Assembly (NCBI GenBank): GCA_963845565.1
Contig: CAWJSJ010000002.1
Coordinates: 992,001-1,056,000 of the forward strand
From: an uncultured Methylomirabilota bacterium
GTDB taxonomy: Bacteria; Methylomirabilota; Methylomirabilia; Methylomirabilales; 2-02-FULL-66-22
Length of the DNA: 64,000 nucleotides
Reading direction: 5' to 3'
Below, piece by piece: positions 30,002-39,515 of the stretch. The position numbers were made by a program, and so were the translations under genes. Under the pieces are notes generated by a model. The model did not search any database and was not told where the DNA came from. It saw only the letters and a list, made by a program, of their open reading frames with translations. The stretch's first letter is position 1. The number at the start of each line of letters is the position of its first letter.

Positions 30002-30799
30002 TCAGTGGTCGACGGTGCCCTGGGTGAAGAAGTGCCCGCGAATGGCCTGGGCGAGCGCGGAGAATTCCGGCGTTCCCATGTTCTGGAGCGATCGGGGCCG
30101 GGGCAGGGGGATGTCGTAGATCTTGTCCACGGTGCCCGGACGCTCGGTCATGACCAGGACGCGATCGGAAAGGAACACGGCCTCCGGGATGCTGTGCGTG
30201 ACAAACAGCACGGTCTTTTTCGTGGCCAGCCAGATGCGTTGAAGCTCGAGGTTCATGGTCTCCCGGGTCATGGCGTCCAGGGCGCCGAACGGCTCGTCCA
30301 TGAGCAGGAGGCTGGGGTCGTGGACCAGGGCGCGGCAGATGGCCACCCGCTGCTGCATGCCGCCGGACAGTTCCCAGGGGCGCTTCCGCTCGAAGCCGGC
30401 CAGGCCGACGACCTGGAGGAGCTCCAGGGCGCGTCGCCGGTGCGACTCCCAGTCGAGGCCGCGGATCTCGATCTGGAGCATGATGTTGCTGAGGACGTCC
30501 CGCCAGGCGAGCAGGACCGGGCTCTGGAAGACCATCCCCACCCCGTCCTGGGGGCCGTCCACCCGCCGGTCGTTGATCCGGGCCTCCCCTCCGGTCAAGG
30601 GCAGCAGCCCGGCCAGGATCTTGAGCAGGGTACTCTTCCCGCAGCCGCTGGGCCCCACGATGGAGAGGAACTCGCGCTCGCGCACGTCAAAGGAGACGGC
30701 CCGCAGAGAGGTCAGCGGGCCGTCCGCCGTCTGATAGGTCTTCTCGACGCCCGTCAGGTCGATCAGCACCGGGGTGTCGAGACGGGAAGGCAACGTCAC
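30002..30799 (-). CDS. NitT/TauT-family ABC ATP-binding protein
   Basis: GPSGCGKSTLL, LSGGMQQR, LMDEPFGALD, VTHSIPEAVFLSDRV. Confidence 0.95.
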   Translation of the reverse strand: MTLPSRLDTPVLIDLTGVEKTYQTADGPLTSLRAVSFDVREREFLSIVGPSGCGKSTLLKILAGLLPLTGGEARINDRRVDGPQDGVGMVFQSPVLLAWRDVLSNIMLQIEIRGLDWESHRRRALELLQVVGLAGFERKRPWELSGGMQQRVAICRALVHDPSLLLMDEPFGALDAMTRETMNLELQRIWLATKKTVLFVTHSIPEAVFLSDRVLVMTERPGTVDKIYDIPLPRPRSLQNMGTPEFSALAQAIRGHFFTQGTVDH

Positions 30800-31791
30800 G
30801 GCAGAAACTCGTTGGTGTAGTAGTTCTCGGGCCTCCCCTTGGTGGCCGGATCCACGCCACCGTACTCCACCATCAGGTCCAGCGTCATCTTCATGTCCTC
30901 GGCCGACACCCGCCAGGGTCGCTGCCCCTGGGTGTACTTGCTGTGAAACAGCGGGAGGGTGCGGGCCAGCCCCTCCTTCAGGATCTCGGGCTTCCCGGCC
31001 TTGGGGTTCGCCTTGAGCAGGGCGTCCAGCGCCTGGGCCGGCTCCTTCTCTGCCGCCTCGATGGTCCGGGTCGCGGCCCGCATGAAACGCTTGATGAGGT
31101 CCGGCTTCGAGGTCAACAAATCCTTGCGCGCGATGATCCCGTTGTTGACGGGATTCACGCCGTAGTCGGCGAACTTGAGCGAGTGCACCTTCTTCCCCGT
31201 CGCGTCCTCGATGGTGATCGACTGGTCGTTCACGTGCCCCGTCAACAGATCGGCGCGGCCCATGATGACGGCATTCCGCTTGGTCGCGGCATCCCCCGTG
31301 ACGGACTTGATCTGATCCTCCTTGATCCCCGTGGCCTTGAGGAAGGCCAGGAAGATCTGACCGACCGCGTCGCCTGGGGTCAGGGCGACCGTTTTCCCGA
31401 TGATGTCCTTGGGCTCGCGGATGTTCTTCTCGGCCAGGCCCATGACGGCCATGGGGCTGGTCTGGATCAGCACGCCGACCGCCTTGATGGGGGTTTCCTT
31501 CGCCGCCGCCTTGATCATGGTGCCGAGGTCGGCGTAGCCGAAGGTCGCCGAGCCGGCCGCCACCGCCTGGATCGTGGTTCCCGAGCCGCGGCCCTCCTGG
31601 ATCTCCAGGTCAATGCCCTCCTCGGCGTAGATGCCGCGCGCCAGGCCGAGGTAGAGCGGCGCATGCTCGCCGTAGTTGTACCAGTTGAGCATCAGGATAA
31701 CCTTGTCGCGCTGCTGAGCCCAGGCGCCTGGCGTCAGGAGCAGCGTGACCGCCACCGCCAATCCCACCCACCACGTCAATCGCCTTCCCAT
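30796..31791 (-). CDS. NitT/TauT-family (NMT1/THI5-like) substrate-binding protein
   Basis: Signal peptide; LNW, GIYAEEGIDL, EGRGS, YTNEFLP. Confidence 0.9.
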   Translation of the reverse strand: MGRRLTWWVGLAVAVTLLLTPGAWAQQRDKVILMLNWYNYGEHAPLYLGLARGIYAEEGIDLEIQEGRGSGTTIQAVAAGSATFGYADLGTMIKAAAKETPIKAVGVLIQTSPMAVMGLAEKNIREPKDIIGKTVALTPGDAVGQIFLAFLKATGIKEDQIKSVTGDAATKRNAVIMGRADLLTGHVNDQSITIEDATGKKVHSLKFADYGVNPVNNGIIARKDLLTSKPDLIKRFMRAATRTIEAAEKEPAQALDALLKANPKAGKPEILKEGLARTLPLFHSKYTQGQRPWRVSAEDMKMTLDLMVEYGGVDPATKGRPENYYTNEFLP

Positions 31792-31837
31792 GGTCTCCTC
31801 CTTCTCGTGCGACGATGTTGCGACTGCTTCGGACAAC

Positions 31838-32638
31838 TCAGGGGGTCGCCGCGTAGCCGCTGCGCTGCGACACGTGCCAGGGAATCACCCACTTCTCGAC
31901 CAGCTCCAGGGCCACGAAGAGAATCACGCCGACGATCGACAGCACAAACAGGCCGGCGAACATGAGGGGTAGATCGAAGTTTCCGTTCGCCAGCTGCAAC
32001 AGATAGCCGATGCCCGAGTTGGCGCCCACGAACTCCCCCACCACCGCCCCGACCACGGCCAGGGTGATGGAAACCTTCAGACCGCTGAAGATGTGGGGCA
32101 GGGCGTGGGGGAAGCTGATCTTCAGGAACATCTGGAGTCGCGTGGCCTTCATGGAGCGCACGAGGTCGAGCATGTCCGACTCCACGGATTTGAAGCCGGT
32201 CACGGTGGAGACGACCACGGGGAAGAAGCCCAGGAGGAAGGCCACGATCACCTTGGGCAGGACGCCGAAGCCGAACCAGACGATGAAGAGCGGGGCGATG
32301 GCGATCTTCGGGATGGTCTGCGAGAAGACCAGGATGGGGTACAGGAAGCTCTCGACGGATCGCGAGTAGGCGATGGCCACGGCACAGGGGATCCCCACCA
32401 GGACGCTGAGCAGGAATCCGCCCATCGAGGCGTAGGTGGTCACCAGGCTTTCGCGGAGCAAGCGCGGCCAGTCGCTGAATTGCTGCAGGACCGCACCGGG
32501 AGCAGGGATGAGGTACTTGGGAATGCGAAAGACCGTCACGGCCACCTGCCAGAGGACCAGCACGGCCAGGATCAGGATGATCGGGCGGACCACGTCGGAT
32601 TGGAGGACGCGGCGAGCCCCTCGCCACAGCGGCTTCAT
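31838..32638 (-). CDS. NitT/TauT-family ABC permease
   Basis: QTIPKIAIAPLFIVWFG, ALPHIFSGLK, GAVVGEF. Confidence 0.92.
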   Translation of the reverse strand: MKPLWRGARRVLQSDVVRPIILILAVLVLWQVAVTVFRIPKYLIPAPGAVLQQFSDWPRLLRESLVTTYASMGGFLLSVLVGIPCAVAIAYSRSVESFLYPILVFSQTIPKIAIAPLFIVWFGFGVLPKVIVAFLLGFFPVVVSTVTGFKSVESDMLDLVRSMKATRLQMFLKISFPHALPHIFSGLKVSITLAVVGAVVGEFVGANSGIGYLLQLANGNFDLPLMFAGLFVLSIVGVILFVALELVEKWVIPWHVSQRSGYAATP

Positions 32639-32915
32639 GGGCAACCTCTCTTCTTCTTCGCGCGTGCCACACCCTGCCGCCGCCGAGCGCACGCGGGGCC
32701 GGTGCGCGGCGGGGAGCAGTGCGGCGTGGGAACGGGCCGGATGATATGCACAGCCGCGGGAAATGTCCAGTCAGGATATGGAAACATCCCAGACCGCAAC
32801 CATCCACTTCCCCCCCCACTGATCTGATTGCGTGCGACGCCATCCTTGGGTATAGTCAGCCCTTCAATCCTCACCGAAGTATCCGGTATGACGTGGACCC
32901 GAGAGGGGAGATCGC

Positions 32916-34577
32916 ATGAAGAGCAAGAAGGTCACGGGGGCGCGAGCCGTCGTCAAGGCCCTCGAAGGCCACGGGGTCGAGCTGATCTTCGGGTATCCGG
33001 GCGGCGCCAACCTGCCCTTCTACGACGAGTTGGCGCGCTCGTCCATCCGTCACATCCTGGCCCGCCACGAACAGGGGGCGGCCCACATGGCCGACGCCTA
33101 TGCCCGGGCCACCGGCAAGGTGGGCGTGTGCACCGCCACCAGCGGCCCCGGCGCGACCAACCTCGTCACCGGCATCGCCACCGCCTACATGGACAGCTCG
33201 GCGTTGGTGGCGATCACCGGGCAGGTGTCCCGCCACCTCATCGGCAATGACGCCTTTCAGGAAGTGGACACGACGGGGATCACCATCCCCATCACCAAGC
33301 ACAACTACCTGATCCAGGACGGCGACGAGCTCTCCCGGACCGTCGCCGAGGCGTTCTACCTGGCGGGGAGCGCCCGGCCCGGCCCGGTCCTGATCGATGT
33401 CCCCAAGGACATCCTGCTGGACCAGTGCACGCCGGGCGACGCCGGGCCGCCCCAGATGGAGGGGTACCGCCCCACCCTCAAGGGGCACCCCGGCCAGATC
33501 AAGCGGGCCGCGGCGGCCATCAAGGCGGCAGAGCGGCCGGTCATCATCGTCGGGGGCGGCATCCGGACCGCGGCGTCCTACCAGGCGCTGGTCGCCCTGG
33601 CGGAAGGCCAGGAGATCCCCGTGGTCTCGACCCTCATGGGGAAGGGCTCGTTCCCGAACTCGCACCGTCTGTACCTGGGGCTGTACGGCTACCACGGCCG
33701 CATCGCCGCCAACACCGCCATCACCGAGGCGGACGTGATCATCGGGGTGGCGACGCGCTTCGGCGACCGCTCCACGGGGAGCGCGCTGCACTTCGCCCCC
33801 CAGGCCAAGATCGTCCACATCGACATCGACCCGGCCGAGGTCGGGAAGAACATCCCGGCGCTGATCCCCATCGTGGGCGACGCGGATCACATCCTCGGGG
33901 AGCTGGTGGCCCAGCTGAAGGGCGCGTCCCATCCCGACTGGCTGGCTCGCCTCCACCGGAAAGCGGAGAAGCACCCCCTGGCGGATCTCAGCGGCGATGT
34001 CACGATCCCCAAGGTGCTCCGCGCTCTCAAGGCGCTCTGTCCGGATCCCATCCTCGTCACCGACGTCGGCCGCCACCAGATTTTTGCCGCCCACTATTTC
34101 CCGGTCGATTCCTGCCGCTCGTTCCTGACGTCCGGCGGGCTCGGCACCATGGGGTTCGGACTGCCCGCGGCCATCGGGGCGAAGCTCGGATGCCCGGACC
34201 GCCCGGTGGTGGCCGTCTGCGGGGACGGGGGCTTCCTCATGACGTGCCAAGAGCTGGTCACGGCCGCGGTGGAGAATGTGCCGGTGGTGGCGCTGGTGAT
34301 GCACGACAATTGTCTGGGCATGATCCGCCAGTTGCAGCACGCCTTCTACGACAAGCGGTTCACGTCATGCGACCTGGGGGATGCGGTGGATTTCGCGCGG
34401 CTGGCGGAGAGTATGGGCGTCGTGGGGATCACGGTGGCCCGCGAGGCGGACATCGTGCCTGCTTTGACGCGGGCGCTCGAGGCGGGGCGCCCCTGCGTCC
34501 TGGACTGCCGGATCGACGCGCCTGCCAACGTCTACCCCATGGTCACGGGTGCCACCCTGATGGACTACATCGAGTAG
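32916..34577 (+). CDS. ilvB: acetolactate synthase large subunit
   Basis: IFGYPGG, RHEQGA, ATSGPGATN, DAFQE, SGGLGTMGFGLPAAIGAK, GDGGF ThDP motif. Confidence 0.93.
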   Translation: MKSKKVTGARAVVKALEGHGVELIFGYPGGANLPFYDELARSSIRHILARHEQGAAHMADAYARATGKVGVCTATSGPGATNLVTGIATAYMDSSALVAITGQVSRHLIGNDAFQEVDTTGITIPITKHNYLIQDGDELSRTVAEAFYLAGSARPGPVLIDVPKDILLDQCTPGDAGPPQMEGYRPTLKGHPGQIKRAAAAIKAAERPVIIVGGGIRTAASYQALVALAEGQEIPVVSTLMGKGSFPNSHRLYLGLYGYHGRIAANTAITEADVIIGVATRFGDRSTGSALHFAPQAKIVHIDIDPAEVGKNIPALIPIVGDADHILGELVAQLKGASHPDWLARLHRKAEKHPLADLSGDVTIPKVLRALKALCPDPILVTDVGRHQIFAAHYFPVDSCRSFLTSGGLGTMGFGLPAAIGAKLGCPDRPVVAVCGDGGFLMTCQELVTAAVENVPVVALVMHDNCLGMIRQLQHAFYDKRFTSCDLGDAVDFARLAESMGVVGITVAREADIVPALTRALEAGRPCVLDCRIDAPANVYPMVTGATLMDYIE

Positions 34578-34585
34578 GGGGACGG

Positions 34586-35062
34586 ATGAGCCAGAAGCAT
34601 ACCATCTCGATCCTGTGCAACGACACCCCCGGGGTGCTGACCCGGATCTCGGGCCTCTTCTCTCGGCGGGGCTTCAACATCGAGAGTCTGAGCGTCGGCA
34701 ACACGGAGACCAAAGGGAAGAGCCGCTTCACCATCGTCGTGCACGGGGACGACCGGGTCCTCGAGCAGGTGCGCAAGCAGCTCCAGAAGCTGATCCACGT
34801 CATCAAGGTCTGGGACATCACGCCGGAGCACGCCATCGAGCGCGAACATGCCCTGATCAAGGTGGACCTGGAGCGCGGCAAGAAGGGCGAGCTGCTCCAG
34901 ATCATCACCGCCGTGGAGGGCCGGATCATCAGCTCCTCCGGCACCCTGTGGACGCTGGAGGTGACCGGAGACCCGGGGCAGGTGGACAACGCGCTCAACC
35001 TGTTCAAGGACTACAACATCGTCGAGACCATCCGCACCGGCCGCATCGCGCTGGAGCGTTAA
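34586..35062 (+). CDS. ilvN: acetolactate synthase small (regulatory) subunit
   Basis: MSQKHTISIL..PGVLTRISGLFSRRGFNIESLSVG (ACT domain)...RTGRIAL. Confidence 0.93.
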   Translation: MSQKHTISILCNDTPGVLTRISGLFSRRGFNIESLSVGNTETKGKSRFTIVVHGDDRVLEQVRKQLQKLIHVIKVWDITPEHAIEREHALIKVDLERGKKGELLQIITAVEGRIISSSGTLWTLEVTGDPGQVDNALNLFKDYNIVETIRTGRIALER

Positions 35063-35185
35063 CACGGCGCCGTGCCGGCCCCGGCGACCCGCCATTCCGC
35101 CGTTCGGCCGCCGCTGCAGCGACGCGGCCCACCCCAACCTCGCAGGCCGCCCGCGAACCACGGGCGGGGATTCGACGGATCGTTC

Positions 35186-36181
35186 ATGGACACGCCACAG
35201 GTGCCATCGTACGCCGGCCTCACGCCCGATACCGTCCTGGATGCCCTCGACAGCGTGGGGCTCCGCGGCGACGGGCGGCTGCTGGCCCTCAATAGCTACG
35301 AGAACCGGGTGTACCAGGTCTGGATGGAGGACGGGCCACCCCTGGTGACGAAATTCTATCGGCCGGCGCGCTGGTCGGACGCCGCCATCCTCGAAGAGCA
35401 TGCTTTCACGCGGGAGCTCTTCGAGCGGGAACTCCCGGTGGTCACGGCCGCCGCGGTCGGCGGGCGAGTGCTCCACGAGTTCCGCGGCTTCCGGTTCACC
35501 GTGTTCCCCAAGCGGGGCGGGCGGGCGCCGGAGCTGGAGGACCCCAAGACGCTCGAGTGGATGGGTCGTTTCCTGGGGCGGATTCACGCCATCGGGGCGC
35601 TCGCGCCGTTCGCGGACCGGCCCAGCATCGGGATCCCGAGCTTCGGCGAGGAGCCGCGCGATTACCTCCTGGCCCACGGATTCCTCCCGGCCGATCTCGT
35701 CGACACGTGGACGCGCGTGGTGGAGCTGGCGCTCGAAGGCATCCGGCGCTGCTACGATCGGGCGGGCGCCGTCCGGATGCTGCGCCTTCACGGCGACTGC
35801 CACGCGGGCAACGTGCTCTGGACCGACGACGGCCCCCATTTCGTGGATTTCGACGACAGCCGGATGGGGCCGGCGGTGCAGGACCTGTGGATGCTCCTCT
35901 CGGGCGACCGTGCGGCCATGAACGGCCAGCTCACCGACCTGTTGGCGGGCTACGAGGACTTCTTCGAGTTCGACGCGCGCGAGTTGAACCTCGTCGAGGC
36001 CCTGCGGACGCTCCGCATGATCCACTATTCCGCCTGGCTCGCCCGGCGCTGGGACGATCCCGCCTTCCCCGCCGCGTTTCCGTGGTTCAACACGCCGCGC
36101 TACTGGCAGAACCAGATCCTCGAGTTGCGAGAGCAGGTTGGCCTGCTGGACGAGGCCCCCCTCGCTCCCGCCAAAGCATAG
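35186..36181 (+). CDS. srkA: stress response Ser/Thr kinase (SrkA/RdoA/YihE family)
   Basis: LNSYENRVY, KFYRPARWS, LRLHGDCH, VDFDD, AWLARRWDDPAFP. Confidence 0.9.
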   Translation: MDTPQVPSYAGLTPDTVLDALDSVGLRGDGRLLALNSYENRVYQVWMEDGPPLVTKFYRPARWSDAAILEEHAFTRELFERELPVVTAAAVGGRVLHEFRGFRFTVFPKRGGRAPELEDPKTLEWMGRFLGRIHAIGALAPFADRPSIGIPSFGEEPRDYLLAHGFLPADLVDTWTRVVELALEGIRRCYDRAGAVRMLRLHGDCHAGNVLWTDDGPHFVDFDDSRMGPAVQDLWMLLSGDRAAMNGQLTDLLAGYEDFFEFDARELNLVEALRTLRMIHYSAWLARRWDDPAFPAAFPWFNTPRYWQNQILELREQVGLLDEAPLAPAKA

Positions 36182-36435
36182 CCTACCGATCCTCCAAGAC
36201 CCCGCAAAAGAACGCGTTCCCGTCCAGCCCGTCGCCAATCCCCCGTCGATTTCGTCACGCCGCGAGGGACGTTGAATAAAGCGACGGGTGATCAGCGTCT
36301 CATATTGCAAATCAATAAGTGAGCACTTACTTGTCATTAATATTACTCGTAACATACTGAAAAATATCCGCTTGAAGCTAAATAGAAAATGTTCTTCGAT
36401 GGAACGTTGAGCCTGAACCCTGAAAGGAGCGAGCC

Positions 36436-36792
36436 ATGAAAAAGCTTCTTGGCCTGACACTGGTGATCCTGCTGTTGGTGACGTTCGTGGCACCACCGGT
36501 TGACGCGGGATGGGAACGCGGCGGGCATGGCCGATGGGAAAGGGCCCCTCGCCAAGAATATCGCGGGAATGCCGGCTGTCCGGCCTGCGGGTTCCTGGGT
36601 GGACTCATCCTGGGTGGCGCGCTGATTGGGGCACTGGCCACCCCGGCTTTTGGCCCGCCGCCGGTCTATGCCCCCCCGCCACCGATCTGTCACACCCGGC
36701 CGGGTTACTGGACGCAGGTCCCGTACGCCAGTTCGCGCGAATTCACCACTTATCGGAACGTTTGGGTGGCGCCGCAGACGGTGTGCCAATAA
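36436..36792 (+). CDS. small secreted Gly/Pro-rich hypothetical protein
   Basis: AAGGAG RBS, signal peptide, glycine-zipper-like segment, Pro-rich tail. Confidence 0.7.
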   Translation: MKKLLGLTLVILLLVTFVAPPVDAGWERGGHGRWERAPRQEYRGNAGCPACGFLGGLILGGALIGALATPAFGPPPVYAPPPPICHTRPGYWTQVPYASSREFTTYRNVWVAPQTVCQ

Positions 36793-36803
36793 AGGGGGGT
36801 ATC

Positions 36804-36950
36804 ATGACGCGCGTGGGATTGCTGTTCGCGGTTGCATTGCTGACGGTGTCGCTACTTTCCGGTTGTGTCATCGTTCCGTTGGGCGGGTGGCACGGGGGCG
36901 GAGGGCATCATCGCCACTCGGGACCCTATCCGTATTACCGCGGGCGTTAG
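36804..36950 (+). CDS. 48-aa putative lipoprotein
   Basis: MTRVGLLFAVALLTVSLLSG-C lipobox; GGGGG RBS. Confidence 0.65.
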   Translation: MTRVGLLFAVALLTVSLLSGCVIVPLGGWHGGGGHHRHSGPYPYYRGR

Positions 36951-36965
36951 GAGCCGTAAGGAAGG
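36947..36965. repeat. half-site of the TTA-flanked mini element, overlapping a TAG stop codon
   Basis: TTAGGAGCCGTAAGGAA resembles the element arm T(T/A)AGGAGCCGT(T/A)ACGAA. Confidence 0.45.
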
Positions 36966-37009
36966 GAGTTCGGTCGCCGGTACTTTCTGCGCAACTCGCC
37001 CGAATGCGC

Positions 37010-37039
37010 TTGACACCCGCGCGGCCCAATCCATATACT
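37010..37039 (+). promoter_or_regulatory. sigma70-type promoter
   Basis: TTGACA-18 nt-TATACT directly upstream of the riboswitch. Confidence 0.7.
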
Positions 37040-37048
37040 CCCGCCACA

Positions 37049-37158
37049 TTGAAGGGGGAGTAGATCGCCCCGCGGTCCGGAGAGGTCGTCAGCACGGTCG
37101 CCGTTACGGCGACCCGGCCCCTCCGAGAGGGATGAGAACCTCGGATCGAGACCCTTCG
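37049..37158 (+). ncRNA. yybP-ykoY (Mn2+) riboswitch
   Basis: GAAGGGGGAGTAG ... GTCGTCAGCACGG ... CCGG ... GAGACCCTTC landmarks, upstream of a TerC-family gene. Confidence 0.85.
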
Positions 37159-37188
37159 TGGTTAATCGCCACGAGGGGTCTTTTTATT
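37149..37188 (+). terminator. riboswitch-controlled intrinsic terminator
   Basis: AGACCCTTCGTGG..CCACGAGGGGTCT followed by TTTTATTT; overlaps the 3' strand of P1. Confidence 0.8.
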
Positions 37189-37219
37189 TGGTGCGCCCGT
37201 ACTGAAAGGGGCCCTGAGC

Positions 37220-37471
37220 ATGGACTGTCCGCGATGCGGCGGGCTGCTCCAGGAACGGACACGCGTCGGCGTCATCGTGGACACCTGCGACCGGTGTCGC
37301 GGGATATGGCTGGACCGGGGGGAGCTCGAGAAGATCGTCGCCGTACTCCACGCCCACGAACAGGAACGGGCGTCGGCGCGGGCGAGCCAGGCAGAACCTG
37401 GCGGTGCGCAGACCGACCGCGGCCCCCTGCGGAAGAGCACGCGGAATCGGTTGATGCAATTATTCGACTGA
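37220..37471 (+). CDS. zf-TFIIB-type zinc-ribbon protein
   Basis: CPRC...VDTCDRCRGIWLDRGELEKI. Confidence 0.85.
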   Translation: MDCPRCGGLLQERTRVGVIVDTCDRCRGIWLDRGELEKIVAVLHAHEQERASARASQAEPGGAQTDRGPLRKSTRNRLMQLFD

Positions 37472-37481
37472 GGAAGTGGCG

Positions 37482-37727
37482 ATGCAGTGCCCGCGCTGTG
37501 TGGTTCGGCTGGTTCAGGCGCGACAGGCCGGAATCCCGGTCGATCGTTGCCCGAGATGCGGCGGCACGTGGCTCGACCGCGGCGAACTGGCGCGGATCTC
37601 GGCCCGGCAATGGCAGTTGCGGCACGAGTGGATCCCCGAAGGGGAGCGGTCTCGGCCGTCCATCCGATGGGGGCGGCCGGTGCGCTCCCCCCGCCGCCGA
37701 CCCGGACGGGCCGAGACTCCGCGTTGA
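37482..37727 (+). CDS. zf-TFIIB-type zinc-ribbon protein (second paralog)
   Basis: CPRC...VDRCPRCGGTWLDRGEL. Confidence 0.75.
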   Translation: MQCPRCVVRLVQARQAGIPVDRCPRCGGTWLDRGELARISARQWQLRHEWIPEGERSRPSIRWGRPVRSPRRRPGRAETPR

Positions 37728-37850
37728 CGAGAACGGCCGAAATCAGGATGTGTACCCACGGCCGGACAATGATGCCGACACGACCGTGGTCCTCCGGGCA
37801 TGGCGCCTCTGGAGCGACCGCACACTCATCATTCATCAGACGGAGGGGAT

Positions 37851-38597
37851 ATGATTGACCTGGGCTGGCTCGGACAGATCGAGTTCACGTGGGCATTCTT
37901 TTCGGCCGTTATGAGCATCGTGCTCATCGACCTCGTACTGGCGGGGGACAACGCCGTGGTGATCGCCATGGCGGTCAAGAACCTGCCGACGCGCCAGCGC
38001 CTGTGGGGGATTGCCCTCGGGGCCGGCGGCGCAGTCGTCATTCGCGTGATCTGCACCTTCGCGGTCGCGCAGCTCTTGGTGATGCCGTACGTCAAGCTGG
38101 TCGGCGGGGCGGTGATCCTCTGGATCGCGGTCAAGCTCTTGACGCAGGGGGCGGAGGAGGAGGAGTCCCACGCTCACAAGGAGGCCGCCGGCCTCTGGCA
38201 GGCCCTCTGGATCATCGTCGTGGCGGACATCAGCATGGGGATCGACAACATGCTGGCCGTGGGCGCCGCCAGCCACGGCAGTCTGTTCCTGCTTCTCTTC
38301 GGTTTGGGACTCTCGATTCCCTTCGTCGTCTTCATGAGCAACATGCTGTCCAAGCTGATGGACCGCTACCCGATCATCCTGTGGGTCGGGGCGGGGATTC
38401 TCGGAAAGGTCGGGGGGCAGATGATGATCACCGACCCCTGGATTCAGGGGTTGTTTCCCGTGCCGGTGTGGACGGTCCACGTCATCGAGGCGATCGGCAT
38501 TGCCTTCGTCTGCGGCCTGGCCAAGTTCCTGCTGTGGAAGCGTCAATCGGCCGGCAGCCTCCTCGCCGCGCCCGCCGGGAGCCAGGCAGAAGTCTGA
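37851..38597 (+). CDS. TerC/YjbE-family membrane protein (putative Mn2+ export/homeostasis)
   Basis: IDLVLAGDNAVVIAMA, IIVVADISMGIDNMLAV. Confidence 0.92.
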   Translation: MIDLGWLGQIEFTWAFFSAVMSIVLIDLVLAGDNAVVIAMAVKNLPTRQRLWGIALGAGGAVVIRVICTFAVAQLLVMPYVKLVGGAVILWIAVKLLTQGAEEEESHAHKEAAGLWQALWIIVVADISMGIDNMLAVGAASHGSLFLLLFGLGLSIPFVVFMSNMLSKLMDRYPIILWVGAGILGKVGGQMMITDPWIQGLFPVPVWTVHVIEAIGIAFVCGLAKFLLWKRQSAGSLLAAPAGSQAEV

Positions 38598-38900
38598 GGG
38601 TTGCGCCCGCGGTTCAAGGTCATCGGCGGCCGCGGTGCCGGGCACGAGGCGCCGCGGCCGCACCGCCCTGCCTGGCGGCATGGCGGGCATGCGTGATCGC
38701 GATCCGATCGCGCTGACCGAAAAGTCTGGCCAGCCATCAGTGCCGCATCTTGCTCTTGACAAAACCGGCACGCCGGACGACTGTACTTTCGGGCAGGCCG
38801 AGCCGAGCACCGACCGCGGTGCCGGTGGCAGCGTCCCGCGATGGCGGTCTCCAGCCACACGTCCGGATCGGGAGGGATCCGGCCCCCTGCGAGGTCGATC

Positions 38901-39512
38901 ATGCCAAAGCGTTCACCGGATAACCCGGAAAGCTCGTTCCGCGTTTCCCGACGTACGTTCCTCAAGACGGTCGGTGTCGGCGCTGCTGCCACAGGACTGG
39001 TCGCGCAGGGCGAGCGTCCGGCCGAGGCCGCCATCCTGGGGCCCGATGCCGTTCCGCTCAGGCTCACGATCAACGGCGCGACCCACACGGTCACCGTCGA
39101 GCCTCGCGTCACCCTCCTGCGGGCCCTCCGGAACCACCTCGGCCTCACCGGGGCCAAAGAGGTCTGCGAGCGAGGGGCGTGCGGCGGCTGCACCGTGCTC
39201 TTCGACGGGGAGCCGGTCTGCGCCTGCCTGATGCTGGCGGTGGATGCGGTCGGTCACGAGATCACGACGGTGGAAGGCCTGGGAACCCCGGAAAAGATGA
39301 GTCCGGTCCAGGCGGCCTTCGTGGAGTGCGACGCCTTCCAGTGCGGCTTTTGCACGCCGGGTTTCGTGGTGGCGTCCACGGCGCTCCTTCAGAAGCAACC
39401 GAATCCCAGCCTGGCCGAGGTCAAGGCCGGGCTCTCCGGCAATCTGTGTCGATGCGGCACCTACTCCCGAATCTTCGAGGCCGTCCAAAAGGCGGCCGGA
39501 CGGAGGGGGTGA
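38901..39512 (+). CDS. molybdo-flavoenzyme 2x[2Fe-2S] small subunit with a Tat signal (PaoA/CoxS-like)
   Basis: SRRTFLK twin-arginine motif; CERGACGGC..C; QCGFCTPG..NLCRC. Confidence 0.9.
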   Translation: MPKRSPDNPESSFRVSRRTFLKTVGVGAAATGLVAQGERPAEAAILGPDAVPLRLTINGATHTVTVEPRVTLLRALRNHLGLTGAKEVCERGACGGCTVLFDGEPVCACLMLAVDAVGHEITTVEGLGTPEKMSPVQAAFVECDAFQCGFCTPGFVVASTALLQKQPNPSLAEVKAGLSGNLCRCGTYSRIFEAVQKAAGRRG

Positions 39513-39515
39513 GCC

